Shown: one piece after another, positions 1 to 12,600 of the stretch | How positions within the stretch are numbered: the first letter of the stretch is position 1 | Layout of the letters: every line of letters begins with the position of its first letter | Assembly: GCF_022539665.2 (NCBI RefSeq) | Contig: NC_081331.1 | Location: 12,400,001-12,464,000 of the forward strand | Reading direction: 5' to 3' | DNA: 64,000 bases | Source: Daphnia carinata | Lineage: Eukaryota | Notes under the pieces: model-generated | Told to the model about the DNA's origin: nothing | The model's database searches: none | Seen by the model: only the letters and a program-made list of their open reading frames with translations | Made by a program: the position numbers and the translations under genes

Positions 1-3000
1 TTATGATAAGCCAGCTGCTAGTAGAGAATAACAACAATGAACTGAAGAGTCAACAAACTTGCAAGGCCATGCCACCCAATAGAATTTCCGTGGTACACTG
101 TAAAGTTCTAGAGTACATCCATTTGTCTATTGTCTTACAAATCCATTTCGTTCCTCATTTTCACAGCGAACCATTGGTGATTGTCTTTTTTCTCCATCTC
201 TCTGGTTTATTATTGCGCAATAAGACAAATAGAAACCGCTGTGTTTCATACAAAACGCGTACGTCATGCAATTAAACGGTTGCAGAACAGAACTTCTTCT
301 CCAATAAAAGCCATTTGCGTCACTATGCTATTTATATATTTTTTTTATTCAAATGCACGCGTTCGTACTCGTCAGTTATTAAACATTGATTTTTGCACGT
401 CAGAACTCAGGGAAACCTGACGTCGAGCGCTTTGTCTTTGGGAAATCACTTGCAGTCGGAACTTTAACGAGGGAAGATGAACCAAAAAGATACAGAAGAT
501 GCCGGTACCAGGTGGAAACAGATCAAAGCGGGTAGAATGTATGGAAGTTTCCATTTTATTAGGAAGAGGGTCGCACTGCCATGTAATTGCCGATATAGCA
601 TGCTTCATTTTGCGTGTCAAAAAATTGCTCGAAACGTCAGGTTTTCCAAAGCCTGCAATGCTCGGACAATGGAGGACTATCGCATGCTGAGTCGCACTTT
701 TGGGAACAGTTTTCATATCTTGAGATTGCGTTCAACTGTGTTTTTGTTTCACATCTTCGCCAAGAAGTGATTGTATGCCATGCAAACCTGAAATTCTACG
801 TCGTGCCAAGGTCAATCAATTATACAATGTGGCTGGCACTCGTTGCTTGATCGATTTTGTTGTGAAACAATGAAACCACAGACGTGACATTGAGACCTCA
901 GTTGCATACGCGGATCTTTATTTGTATTGTTTTTTTTATTATTCTTACGAGCACGAGAAGGGACCGAGAGATTCAATCTGTGGTAATCCCGCACGAAAGA
1001 GGGGTGGCTCATAGAATGAATCGGGCATTTGCAATCTTTTGCGTTTGCAGCAAGTCAGTTACACAGTGAAAATGTTTTCACTAGTACAGTTGACGTTTAA
1101 GTTAGTGAATCTACCGAACTAGAGCCAACAGAATGTTGATCATTTTCGCCAATTTAATACGTACGCTTGTCGTGCAAAGAATTTTCTTCGTGAATATTTT
1201 TTTGCTAAGGTAGTACAGTGGTTGAATGTTGAATTGGATACGTGTATGGTTTTATAGATAAAACGATCGATTAATTTTCATTGTTTAGTCCCTTATCAAC
1301 ATATTCAACCTGCTTTTCTGTTTGTTTTGGAGTTTAGTCACTGGCTATATGAATTCGAAATAACAGACGTGTGTTGAAAGCGCTGCATTGTTTGCCATCT
1401 CTTACGGGAATTCTTTTGGTGTCCGACTTCAGTGGCATTTGGCTCCATTTACGTCTGCTATCTCCAGTTCTTTAAGGAAACAAATAACACAACGTTGAAA
1501 GAACTTTTGGCCATCCTTTCATCTCTTTGTTTAAAAAAGAAGGTTGTAACAACACTTTCCCAGTTCGATCAGAATGTCAGTTATCTCTACGCGACCCGTC
1601 AGCAATTCAGTTATTGGTATGGGGCTTTAAAAAAAAGTGAACTAAGCAATACTCTTGAGAGGTTATTACACAGCAAATTTCGTGGATTCGTAGCCCTTAT
1701 TCGCAAGTTTATATAGCTGGCTGCAATATTATAGCTTTGGATTGATCGTAATAAATTTGTTCTGGCCACAACGCGTGAAATTTCTCGGAAATTGCGAAAC
1801 TTTTCAAGCATTAATCGTTTTGTAACGCTTTGAATATCTGGCCAAACTTGTATTATAGCACAGGTTTATATCTGCGTTTAAACAGCATATGTCTCGCTGT
1901 CTACACGAGTCGGGAGTATTCGCCGGCACCGTGTGCGTTCAGCGGATGGTAGAACTTGTAAAGGAAGCACAGAGTTGAAAAGCATCATCTTGTGTATACC
2001 GTAAACAGAGAACGAGCACTAAAGCCAAAAATTCGTACTTAGTATAACTGAGCTAGTAATACAGGCCCTACAATATAACCTGAACTTCCGCTCTAATGTG
2101 AAATAAAAATATTTGAATGTATTTTTATTTTCATTAGGAAGTTCACCGCTGGAACTCCCAAGGAGAAACACGAACACTGCTTTATAATTAATTTCTCCTG
2201 CGTTTAATTTATGACGAGTGCATGCGCGTTTCGCATGCAAATAGAGGCGACGGAGATATCTTGTGGGATTGCCAAAAAAGAGCTAAAAATACACGAGGGA
2301 AAATTTCCAGTAGATTGGAATAATGAAACGAAATATGAGCCTGTTGTTGTATTGCATTGTTATGCAATTACATCCGAGATAAGCATTTAACGTGGACAAA
2401 GGACAGGATGATGAATGCAATCTATACACTGAACTGTGTTAATTTTCATCGGGAGACGGGCACGGAATTTCATTGATACATTGCGCTGTTCAATAACTAT
2501 AATAGTGAATCGATTCATATTTGTTTTTATTGCTAGCTGCCCCCTATTGTTTTGGGTTTTCATTTTAAAAGTAAAATTTAGATTAAAAAAAAAACAATTG
2601 TCCTTGCGAGATACAAGCAGCTTCCCGCTTTTCAAAAATGAGATATGCGATTAGTACACGCCATTTCCTGCTAGTCGTGCATGAACACATGGAGTCTGGT
2701 GATTTGTGTTCTACCGGCCCATTGCTTTTTCTTTCTCTTTTGTTTTCATTTGCCTTCAGGGGAAAAGGGTGTCGTCGCAAATAATTCTTCTAGCCTCACT
2801 CTCGTGTTGCTTTTTCGTTTTGCCCTTTACAATCACCATAAGCGTGAGTGTTTTCTCCGTTTTAATTTCAGACAATAGTCGTTCGTCTATTTTTTTCGAT
2901 TCCCTTTCTGCTTGTAACTACAAAGAGAAAAGCAGTTTGACATGTTTATTGTTCTTCTTGGAGATCAGTTCATGGCTCTTGCATCTGCACGCTGCATAAC

Positions 3001-6000
3001 CGAACGTGCTCGTTGTTTCGTCTTCCCGTAACGCCGATGAGAGGCGGATAAACGCAGATTGTATCAAAGTTTATGGGGGGGGGGATGTGTTGTGTAGCTG
3101 GTCTGGAAGAGATTTGTTGAAAGTATCGTAAAAGCAGTTTTACCGGTGAAGGAATTGAAAAGGGAATTGTTGAATCATGAGGTTAGACATTTAATGCGGC
3201 AGCTGCTTCAATTGCGATTCGACTCAAAGCTTAGTAGCACTGGATTATATTAAGCATTTTGCGTTTAAAGAAATGGTTGTTTGTTTTTGACGATACCCTT
3301 GAATTTCTGTCCCGTTTTTTTTTTAGCAAGTGCATGAAGAGATCCATGCGAAATGAAACGGCTAAAGTTTTTTATGGCGAAGGGCTAAGAATAAATTTGT
3401 TTGGTCATTCATGAAAAACAGATCCTCTGCGTTTTAACCCATACCGCACGATGTAGGAAAATTCGAACCCCATATGGCTTGAGGCATCTGTTATTATGAT
3501 CAACACATCATTTCAATAATATGCAAATGGTGTATTGCGCAGAAAAATTTGTATCGTAGAACAAATGTTAATTTTCTAGAAGGAACAGAGTTAAAGAATA
3601 CTGTAAAGAACAAATGGCACGTTACATCGACAATGGCGAAAATGCTTCTATTACTACTTTGTTGTACGTTACATCGCGATTCGGCCATCAATAGTCTTCC
3701 ATGCCCGCTAGAGATAGCTATTATTTGACATTGTTACCGAAACTGCATGGTCGTTACGATATCTCACTTTGCTGGCCAAAACAAAAATTGCCCCAGCGAA
3801 AAGTGTATACGGAGTTAAATCATCGTTGTCGGAGAACGATTACAATCGCTCGTTGATAAGAACAAGCCACAAAATTGCCTTCATCTGATACAAGGCAGCT
3901 CTTTGTTTTCCTTTATTTTCGTTTTGCGTGTAAGATTTATTGTCTCCTTGTTGAATCGGGACAAATTTAAAAGCTCTCTGCTGATCGATAGATATCGTGT
4001 CAGTTATGTGACGTTGGGGTTGTTGGTCAACTGCGGAATACAAAATATTTTTAAACTATGAGACATCAGATTTGCGTGTAAAGCTGGAATTTTTGAATTG
4101 TAACGATCAGATCAGAAAAAAAACTACGACAGAAGCGTGTATGCCAATGCTTTCTTTTTGTTTCACAAGCTCTATCTATGTCCTTGGAACATTATCTATT
4201 TGCGACTGTAGGCTTAACATTTCTTTTTCTTTCCGGGCTCTTTTACTAGTACGGGCAACTTGCCAACGACGTGTCTCGAATCCCAAGGAGAAAAATATCG
4301 AACGGAAACTGGAACGCAAAGAATGATAAAGGGAAGAAACATGTCCTTTTCGATGTTTTGACATTTCTTTTTTAGCATTCCTTGTCTGTTTTGGCAAGCA
4401 TTTGTGTACTGCGTATAGGCCTCGTAAGGGATAGAAGCACCGGATGATGGAAATATATTGAAGTGCAAACCCGCGGCGAGGGATTGGATGGCAGCAGCAG
4501 TGACGACGTACTCACGTATCTTGGTTTATAATATGTACGTCCACTTTATTGAGACTGAAACTGCCGTGTGAAGAACTGTATCTATCAGTGACGGTTAACT
4601 TTTACTATTTTGAAAGCCAACCCATTTTGTTTGGGCGTGAAATCATTTGCATTTAGCTACAGTAAATTTTTTTTATCTCGCTTTTCATCTTTTTTTTTTA
4701 ATTACTGTGGATATGATTTACGAGTCGATGGATGGAGCTACACTGACTTGATACTCATATAGCGTTCTGACTCAGTCACCTTGAAAGTACGTGAAAAAAG
4801 GCAGATTTTTTTACGTTTTCCCCTTTTGACAACATGCCGTTGTTTTCGTCAACCTACGCAAACATGCCTGACGCAAAGGAATTGCGATAATCAGCGATCA
4901 ATCTCCCGATCTGAACAGCCTTGTTTTCTTGTCAGATGTGAATTATAGGTGCCCAACTGATGAGCTAATGGTGAAGCAATTCATTTTCTCAGCATAAGGA
5001 GCACCAAGTTTTATGATCACCACTCGTAAATTTCTCATTTGGGACATGCGATTCATTTCGTCGTCAGATTTTGCACGTGTCAATGATTTTATGGATTGAT
5101 TTGTGCACGAAAAACTACCTACTTCCCTGTGGTTGTTTTCTACAGAAACTAATGATACCCCGATACCCTCTTATTTTTCTACTGTTTTGGATGACAAAAA
5201 TGGTGAAGAGGAAGGCAAAGATAAATAAATGCAAAATGGACAACATGTTTTCCCTTTTATGGTGAGAGCATAAAGTCTTCTTTGCATAAAAGGCACCTTT
5301 TTGGGAACCCGTTGGCTATGTGCGTGAACCATAATGCAAAATTCTAAATGATTTGCATTCCGTTGTCAGATAAGATATATTTCTAATCGCGTAGACCGGT
5401 ACCAGCCTTTAATTTTTTTAGACATCCCAAAAGTCCCTGAATGTAATGATAAAAGCTGACTAACTCTTTCCTGCATATCGTTTAGCGTCGTTCTTTGGCA
5501 ATTGACTAACAAGGATTTCCAATTTCAATTCTTTTACAAGGGGAGAGAATTTCATACGTTTATCAGACATTGTTGATGGAAAAAAAACTAATCATTCAAC
5601 TAGTTATTATTTGACAAACTCAAGGAACTTTGTTTAATTTTTTTTTTTACGACTGAGATAGAACGGAAAGGTTTTCCTGCATATTTAATCTATATCGACA
5701 TGTGAAGTGCTCCGCGTTGCTGTAACCTTTTATTATTTACGTTTTATGGCATAGCAGTGCGACCAACCCAAACTTTCAATTTCTTTTTTGTTTTCGGTGG
5801 AATAGCAGGAAAAGACGTTGCCATATGTTATCTATTAGACTAAATGGAGAAACAAATATTAGAGTGCGTTGTAAAAAGATGTTTTGTTCCATCCATTGGG
5901 ATCCGTATTCCCATTGATCACATTCACGGTCAAACAGAAAAGTGGATTGACGGAAAAGGTTAAGAACATTGCGTAGAAAAGCAACTACTTTCCATGGCAA

Positions 6001-6696
6001 CATGAAAAACACAGTTGTGTGGGATTCGTACTGAAATGTCATTTGAAGGGGTGGAAAGTTCAGCGTGCCAGAATTAGCGCTGCATCAAGTTCAAATATCC
6101 AAATGTTTTACAAGCAAGGAAAATCCGAACTTTGGAGCCGATTTACTTTAGAACATGCGTTGTCAATGAAGTTTTCCTATGCGTATGCATGCATCTCGTT
6201 AAATTTCCAGCCCTTGAAAAAACTTATCCTTTTCAATTTTACTTTCTATGAATTTTAAACCACAGTATGCCCACACATTTATCAATAAGAATATGTTTTT
6301 CTTAACAAGTTCACTCATTTTACATCAGCGCAATCTGCTTCGAAGCAAAAATAGGATTCAAATGTTCTTTTTTCTTGCCCACTTATTATTACCATTCTAA
6401 CATTTGTATTCACTATTCGTTTTGATACAGTGGACAAGCAGACTGTCATCTGGAAGAAAGCGAAGGAGTTGATGACATAAAATTTAAACCACCGTGAAAT
6501 GGATAAGGAGCCGCCTGATCAGCCCATGAAAAGTTGTATTGAAATAATCTAGTAATTGAATTATAGCTGTACTGCCTTTGCAGTGGGTTTACTGAACCGG
6601 ATGCAGAAACACCGTACTTTCTCACTTGCAAGGATCGGCCGATGGCCATCCAAGCAACATGAATCAAGTTTCACCTGTTTGTCGATTGGTGCTGCC

Positions 6697-9600
6697 ATGA
6701 AACACTCACGAGGTGGAAGAAGCTATTGTCTTTCGCTGATGTTGCTTGTTTTCATCATTTTGAACTCTCTGTGGATCATGACTGCTGGAGCTGCTCCAGT
6801 CACGGCCGTATCCATCCACACTGAGAATGATGTTGCATCACGCACTCCTTTAAGTCGCTGCCCTGCCATCTTCAACCCCATCTTTATGATTGCTAATAGC
6901 AACGTAAGTGGTGTTAGTAACTCCGCTAAAGGTAGTCCAATCGGCCGATCGAAAGCAACGCAATCGCAGTCATCGTCGCCATCATGTCGTAACTTTCTGA
7001 AAACGCGTTTTGGAACTTTAACGACGCCAGGCTTTCCATCAGCCTTTCCCTTGCCATGCACATGCAGTTGGATAATCGATGCGACAGGATTCGAATCGGA
7101 CTCTTTCATCAGCCTCTACCTCACACAAATGTATCTAACTCGTGGCGTCAAAGCTGTCCAGTATTCGTTCCGTAACGAGACTCACGCCGTTGGTCGCAAG
7201 GAGCTGGACGAATTGCACGCACATCGCCCTCGCCCCTATTCAGTCTACAGGATTAAAGCACGATACCTGGAAGTGCAGGTGAACTTGGACGAGCTGGTGA
7301 ACGCTAACTTGCGCGTTGAGCGCCGGCTGATGGACGTTTATGGCTTCAATATTACGTACGAGATTCAACCGAACGGTTCGCGTATCCGCTCCGACACGTG
7401 CAACGTCGTCAACTGTACCTTTAACGGCCATTGTTATGCTAATCACAATTACAGGTTCGTAAAAAAGTCCATTGGGTCTCCAGACGTGCAATTTATTCTA
7501 TTGTTGCTCAGTTGAATCAGCAATTTGTAAGTTTTTTTTACCATACAATTTAGGAAGTTGTCTTGTAAAGGATATCTTTGTTTAGACCCTAACTATCATG
7601 TGAGCACCAAAACTGATTCCCCTTTTTTGTGCTACGCAGCCAGTTCCAGTGTTCGTGTCTACCAAATTTCTCGGGCAAGTACTGCCAGCACGGTCCCGAA
7701 TGCAACCCGGAAAAAGGCATCAACGTCTGTAAAAATGGCGGCGTTTGCGGGTAACAAATAAAGAATGCTCAGAAATAATAGCTAAAACAAGCCTTTTTTT
7801 TTAAATTCCCCTTTTCTTTTGTGCTAATAATTTTAATTTAGGTATCGCATTGGCATCTCGGTCGTTCGTTGCAACTGCCTGCCCAATTACAACGGAAGCC
7901 TATGCGAGTTTCGACGTGAATTCATTCCAGCTAAAGGTATAATTTCCTCACGTTCATTGGCACTGTTATAAAAATAACTGTCATGAAAGACGAAGATTTT
8001 AGATTCAATTAGAATGTCGGTTGCGGTTGTGGTCATTTAGTGGGGAAGCTCTTCCCACGCACACGCGGCCAACGGGTCGTTTCTATCCTCTGCTTCATTC
8101 ATCCGTCTATCGATCGGCATAAGACGCCATCCTATCTTGCGATTTGCAGGCGAAGGCTTTTCCCGCTACTACGACGTAGAAATGGCTGTCCTTATTTGAT
8201 CGGGAGCACATTCTTTTATTTGGGTTGCGGTTAAGAATACCAATATATTCGAAGTCACGCAACCTACGTCCATTTTTATGCTGCCAGTTAGCATACTTTT
8301 GCGGGATTGACTTTATTTTAAAGACATTGTTTCCTGCACAATTTGTACTAAATCAAACAGCAAGATTCAGATTGTACACTGTACGCTAAATAGAGCGCAT
8401 TTTTATCTTGAATTTCGCTTACAGTTGATTGAATATTTTTTTATTTGTTTTGGGATTTTTGGCTTTTATTGCAGAATGCCTTTCCAAATTCCGATTGAGT
8501 TGCAGTCACCACTGCGTCGTTACTGACAAGGGTATAGCCACTTGCCGCTGCCCGCAGAATCAAGCCCTGAGATCTGATAACTCTACGTGTTACGCATTGG
8601 GTGAGTCCCTTTTCCCATTCGCTTTTTTTACGATTACGAGTCTTTCGTTTCCTCTTTACTGAACTCTACTTTATTTGTGACGCCGACTTCTATAAATGCG
8701 AACGAGGCTTACTTGGAAATCGAGGCCAACGAAATTGTGGAAATCCACAGCTCATCGCCTGGAAACTGCGGCTAAGAGCAAACTAGGCAAATAGCGCCGA
8801 ACGTAAAGTGGATGGTATCAGAGTTTCCCACATTTAAGACAGCATAGTTTGCTTAAGAATCGGATCAAGGAATGGTACAACAAAAACACTGGTTACAGTA
8901 AGGACACTGCAGTTTGGCAGTCACTGACGGCGAATTCTCCGTTAGTAAAAAGAAATGATTTGGCGTTCCCTTAATCACCATGTCTTTGACTGTGTCAGAT
9001 TATAGCGCCGTCGAGCAGATAAGCGTTCACTGGATAAAACGTAATAGACGTAAGCGGACGAAGTCGTCAGAAAGCGGAAGAAAAATTAGAACGCTGACTG
9101 ACAGTTTCGTACAATCCAGCCGAAACAGTGTCCTTTCACTTGAGTAACGAGAAAACGTGATGGAGGGAACGAGAGAAAGGCGAAAGATTACTAGATATGT
9201 TTTTCTGCGGCACGAAAAAACGGTGTGTCGCGTACCATTTTTTTGTATGTGTGTGTAGAAGAGAGACAGATGATGTACAGGGCATTAGGTGAAACGAAGG
9301 GTCAGAATATATAGTTTTTTTCTGGCTTTGACGTTGCGGTCCCACGAGGAGAAAAAGCGAACAGTTGACGATTCGTTATTTTAGTAAAGAAACAACGTCT
9401 TTATGTGTGGTTGCTGTGTACGATAATTCTTTGTCTTTCTCATACTGCATGTTCTTTTTTCTTTAAATTGAATGGTCACTGCCTCCATGTACCCCATCGT
9501 GCTATACCTACGTAGCTTGTGGCAGATTTTTTTAATAACCGAAGGGTAGAAATATGACAGCAATAGCCTGTCGATTACCTCTTCGTTGAGCTTTTAGTGC

Positions 9601-12600
9601 TTTTTCAGACATTACGCACTCACACGAGAAGAAGCTTTCCGCTCATCTTCACTACCATTTCCTTGTGATTACGACGTCTCGTGGCTTATTAAAACGAAAG
9701 CAGCAACATTTTCTTTTTTTGGCTTTTTAAAATTTGCCCTATTTCAGACCACTTATCGGTGGAAAAGAAACAAAAGCAGTCATGATGAAGGATCCATCCA
9801 TCATACGTGAAGACGACCTAGGGGAATGAAGTGAACGACGACGTCGTTCGTCTAGTGGTCTACTCTTTAAAAGGGACTGTCTCAAATCAGGAACTTGGCT
9901 ATCAACAGTTCCCTTTCGTGTGATTATACCGTTGTTCTTAAACGTCCTTCTGTTTTCCTATTTTTTTTTTTCACGTTTAGAATTCCGAGAGTATTGTTTC
10001 AATCTACACGTAACGAAATAATTAACCTCGCCGCACGGTCGCTAAAGTCATTTTGTGTCCTTATAGTTTGAAGTGGTTTTATAGGCGATGTATATCCCAC
10101 TAGCGAAGTTCTATATTGACAATGGTGATTGTACGCACAGGATGTAATCACCATTCACCAAAAATATATTTGCTTGTTTTTGGTTTGAGAATTGGTCTGA
10201 CAATTTTGGTTGTTTTACGGACATTCGTGTTCGAAATTTGGGTAGTCGATGCCCTGTGTTCCGTAATAGCTATGCCACGTACCAAATGCAAGACACCCAA
10301 CGATTGCATGTTTGCCTGTAAATGTACTATATTTGTTACCTGTTATTTTCAACCATTCTTTTTTTTTATCCGATCAAGAGTTTTGTTCTACCTCCTCCGT
10401 TCTTGCCTCTGCATTTCTGTGTGTTATGTTCCTATTTTTCCTAGATACTAATTTTTTGTTCCTCATTATTTGGTACAAACGAAGAACACATATTCAAACG
10501 TTAATTTTACAATAGAAATGGAAAAGATAAAACAAAGACGGTTTTGTTGGTGGGCGGCCATGCGTGTGCCACGTCCTCTTTATCGGGTTGTATTCCTATA
10601 ACGATTTCTTGTGAGCAAAGAATGAACGTTTTTTCTCTTTTACGATAAGGGCGTTTACAATTTTCTTGGCTTTGAAAGTGGCAAACTTCAGAATTTTTCC
10701 AATTAGAAATTCTGTGGTTAGAAAATTTACAGACAACTTTTCCAACGTAGTATTTCCAAACGTACTATTGAAAATTCCCTTGTTCTGTTACAAAAGGTCT
10801 GAATTTTGTGTTTTGATACCAAAGGTATAATTATTGTGCGTTCCATCAGACGGGTTAAATTTCAATATTCCGCGATCATACGCAGTATGCGATCTCTTCG
10901 TTTCGAATCCTGTGTATTTTTTTTAACAAGATCATTATCAGTCGCCGTTGTGTTGCGTCATTTCAATCGTTACCTTTCTGCACTTTACTTATTTCTATGT
11001 ATTTGTATCGTTAAAATATAGAAGTAAACCGGTTGCCAAGTGAAATGCGAGGGAAGGTCAATATTCGAAATTCGATGAACCATTGCCCAATTATGGGGAA
11101 ATCTTATCGATCTTCTGCGTTAGTTAACCGTCGATAAAGAACTTGTACTAATGGCATACCAAGTGTATTCCTATAACGAAGCACAATTTCATTTTGATTG
11201 ACGCACGAGAGCGTCTAACATGGTTGGAGATGTCAAGCCCATCAGTTGATGTCACCTTAGCGTTATTCACAAGCTTATTGACGATTGCTGATGTTCGGTC
11301 TCAATCCGTCTCGATATACTGCCACGTTCGTTTCGCTGATATAATGGTAAAACCTTGGCTATTAGAAACAAAACAAATATCTCAGCTTTTAATTTAAATC
11401 TGACTGGATAACTAAAGCTAACAAGAGAGCAATGAAATCGACCAAAACAACGGATGTACTTGTGCAGGAGGCCGTCGTAATAAAGGTTCCTCTAATTTCC
11501 TCTTGCATTGACGTCAACGAGCTCCTCCCTGTTTCCTTATTACGTTTACGTCATTCGTTACGGTAGAGCTCTAAATAACCAAGAACTTCTAATAAGAAAA
11601 AGTTTCTTGTTATTACTTGTTTGTTTTACGTATGATACTTTCACCAAAAGGAAAACTTCCTATCGTGTATCCTATGTTTACGTGTAATGCATGAAGGACT
11701 GTTTTTCATCTTCTACCAAAAGTATTTCATAGCTCACCATGTTACGAGATTACGTTATAAATTTTTCTCTTATTTCTTTTTCGTTTTTCAGTGCCACTGA
11801 GAGTCCTGGGACAAGTCGAACTGGAAAGGCCAAACAGCTTCAATGACACGCATTTGGTTGACGGAGTCACAGCCGCGGTAAAGTCTATTTCATCTGGAAA
11901 ATTTAAATAGTATTTAATTTTTTGTAATCCACAAAACTTATTCGCATATTTTCAGATAAGGAAAATGGCAGAAGAATTTACAGCTTTTAAGCTAGCAGTT
12001 GGTTCCGTCAGTTTGTTTGAGTAAGTTCATCCATAAACGTGCAAAAGATAATAATCGGTTTACAGAGACGCTTGCTATGTACAATGAATTTTCTGTTCCA
12101 GGCCCAACTCTAATAAACTTCAGTTCATATTATGGAATTCTGAGAAATACAACATGAACTGGACAAATGCAGTAGTATTTCACGGTTCGATGACGGATGC
12201 CAGCAGAAACAGCTCCTCGTTGATTCTGAATAAATCATCTTCGGGCCTCGGGTTTCCCTGGAACACTGGCAAGAAAAAGATGACAAGGGATGAAGACCTT
12301 TATATTCCACAGCAATGGAATAATTCCTACACGTCCTTCGTTCACCAAATTAACTCCAGGGCTTGGAAGGTGCAAGGTGAAACAATCGCTATCCGGAACA
12401 TCAGCGTCATCCAAGTTCCAGCTTTGATTATCGAGGTTGTAAATGACACAATACTTTTACTTGCTTATTAACTGCGTGACTAAAAAAGATCTTATCCATG
12501 GATCCAGTGGGTGAAATTGGATGTCAAAGGTCAGGTTCGTGAAGGCTATCCTTTCACAGTGGCATGCAACGCCAACGGTTCGGGCAAGAAAGATTTGAAA

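Noticed and set aside
2219..2239. Small perfect hairpin TGCATGCG-CGTTT-CGCATGCA
   Set aside because: An 8-bp stem is expected by chance in 64 kb and is too short for a pre-miRNA.
1..6430. Short ORFs upstream of the adhesion GPCR
   Set aside because: No recognisable protein features; probably 5' UTR introns or intergenic DNA. Non-coding exons cannot be placed from sequence alone.
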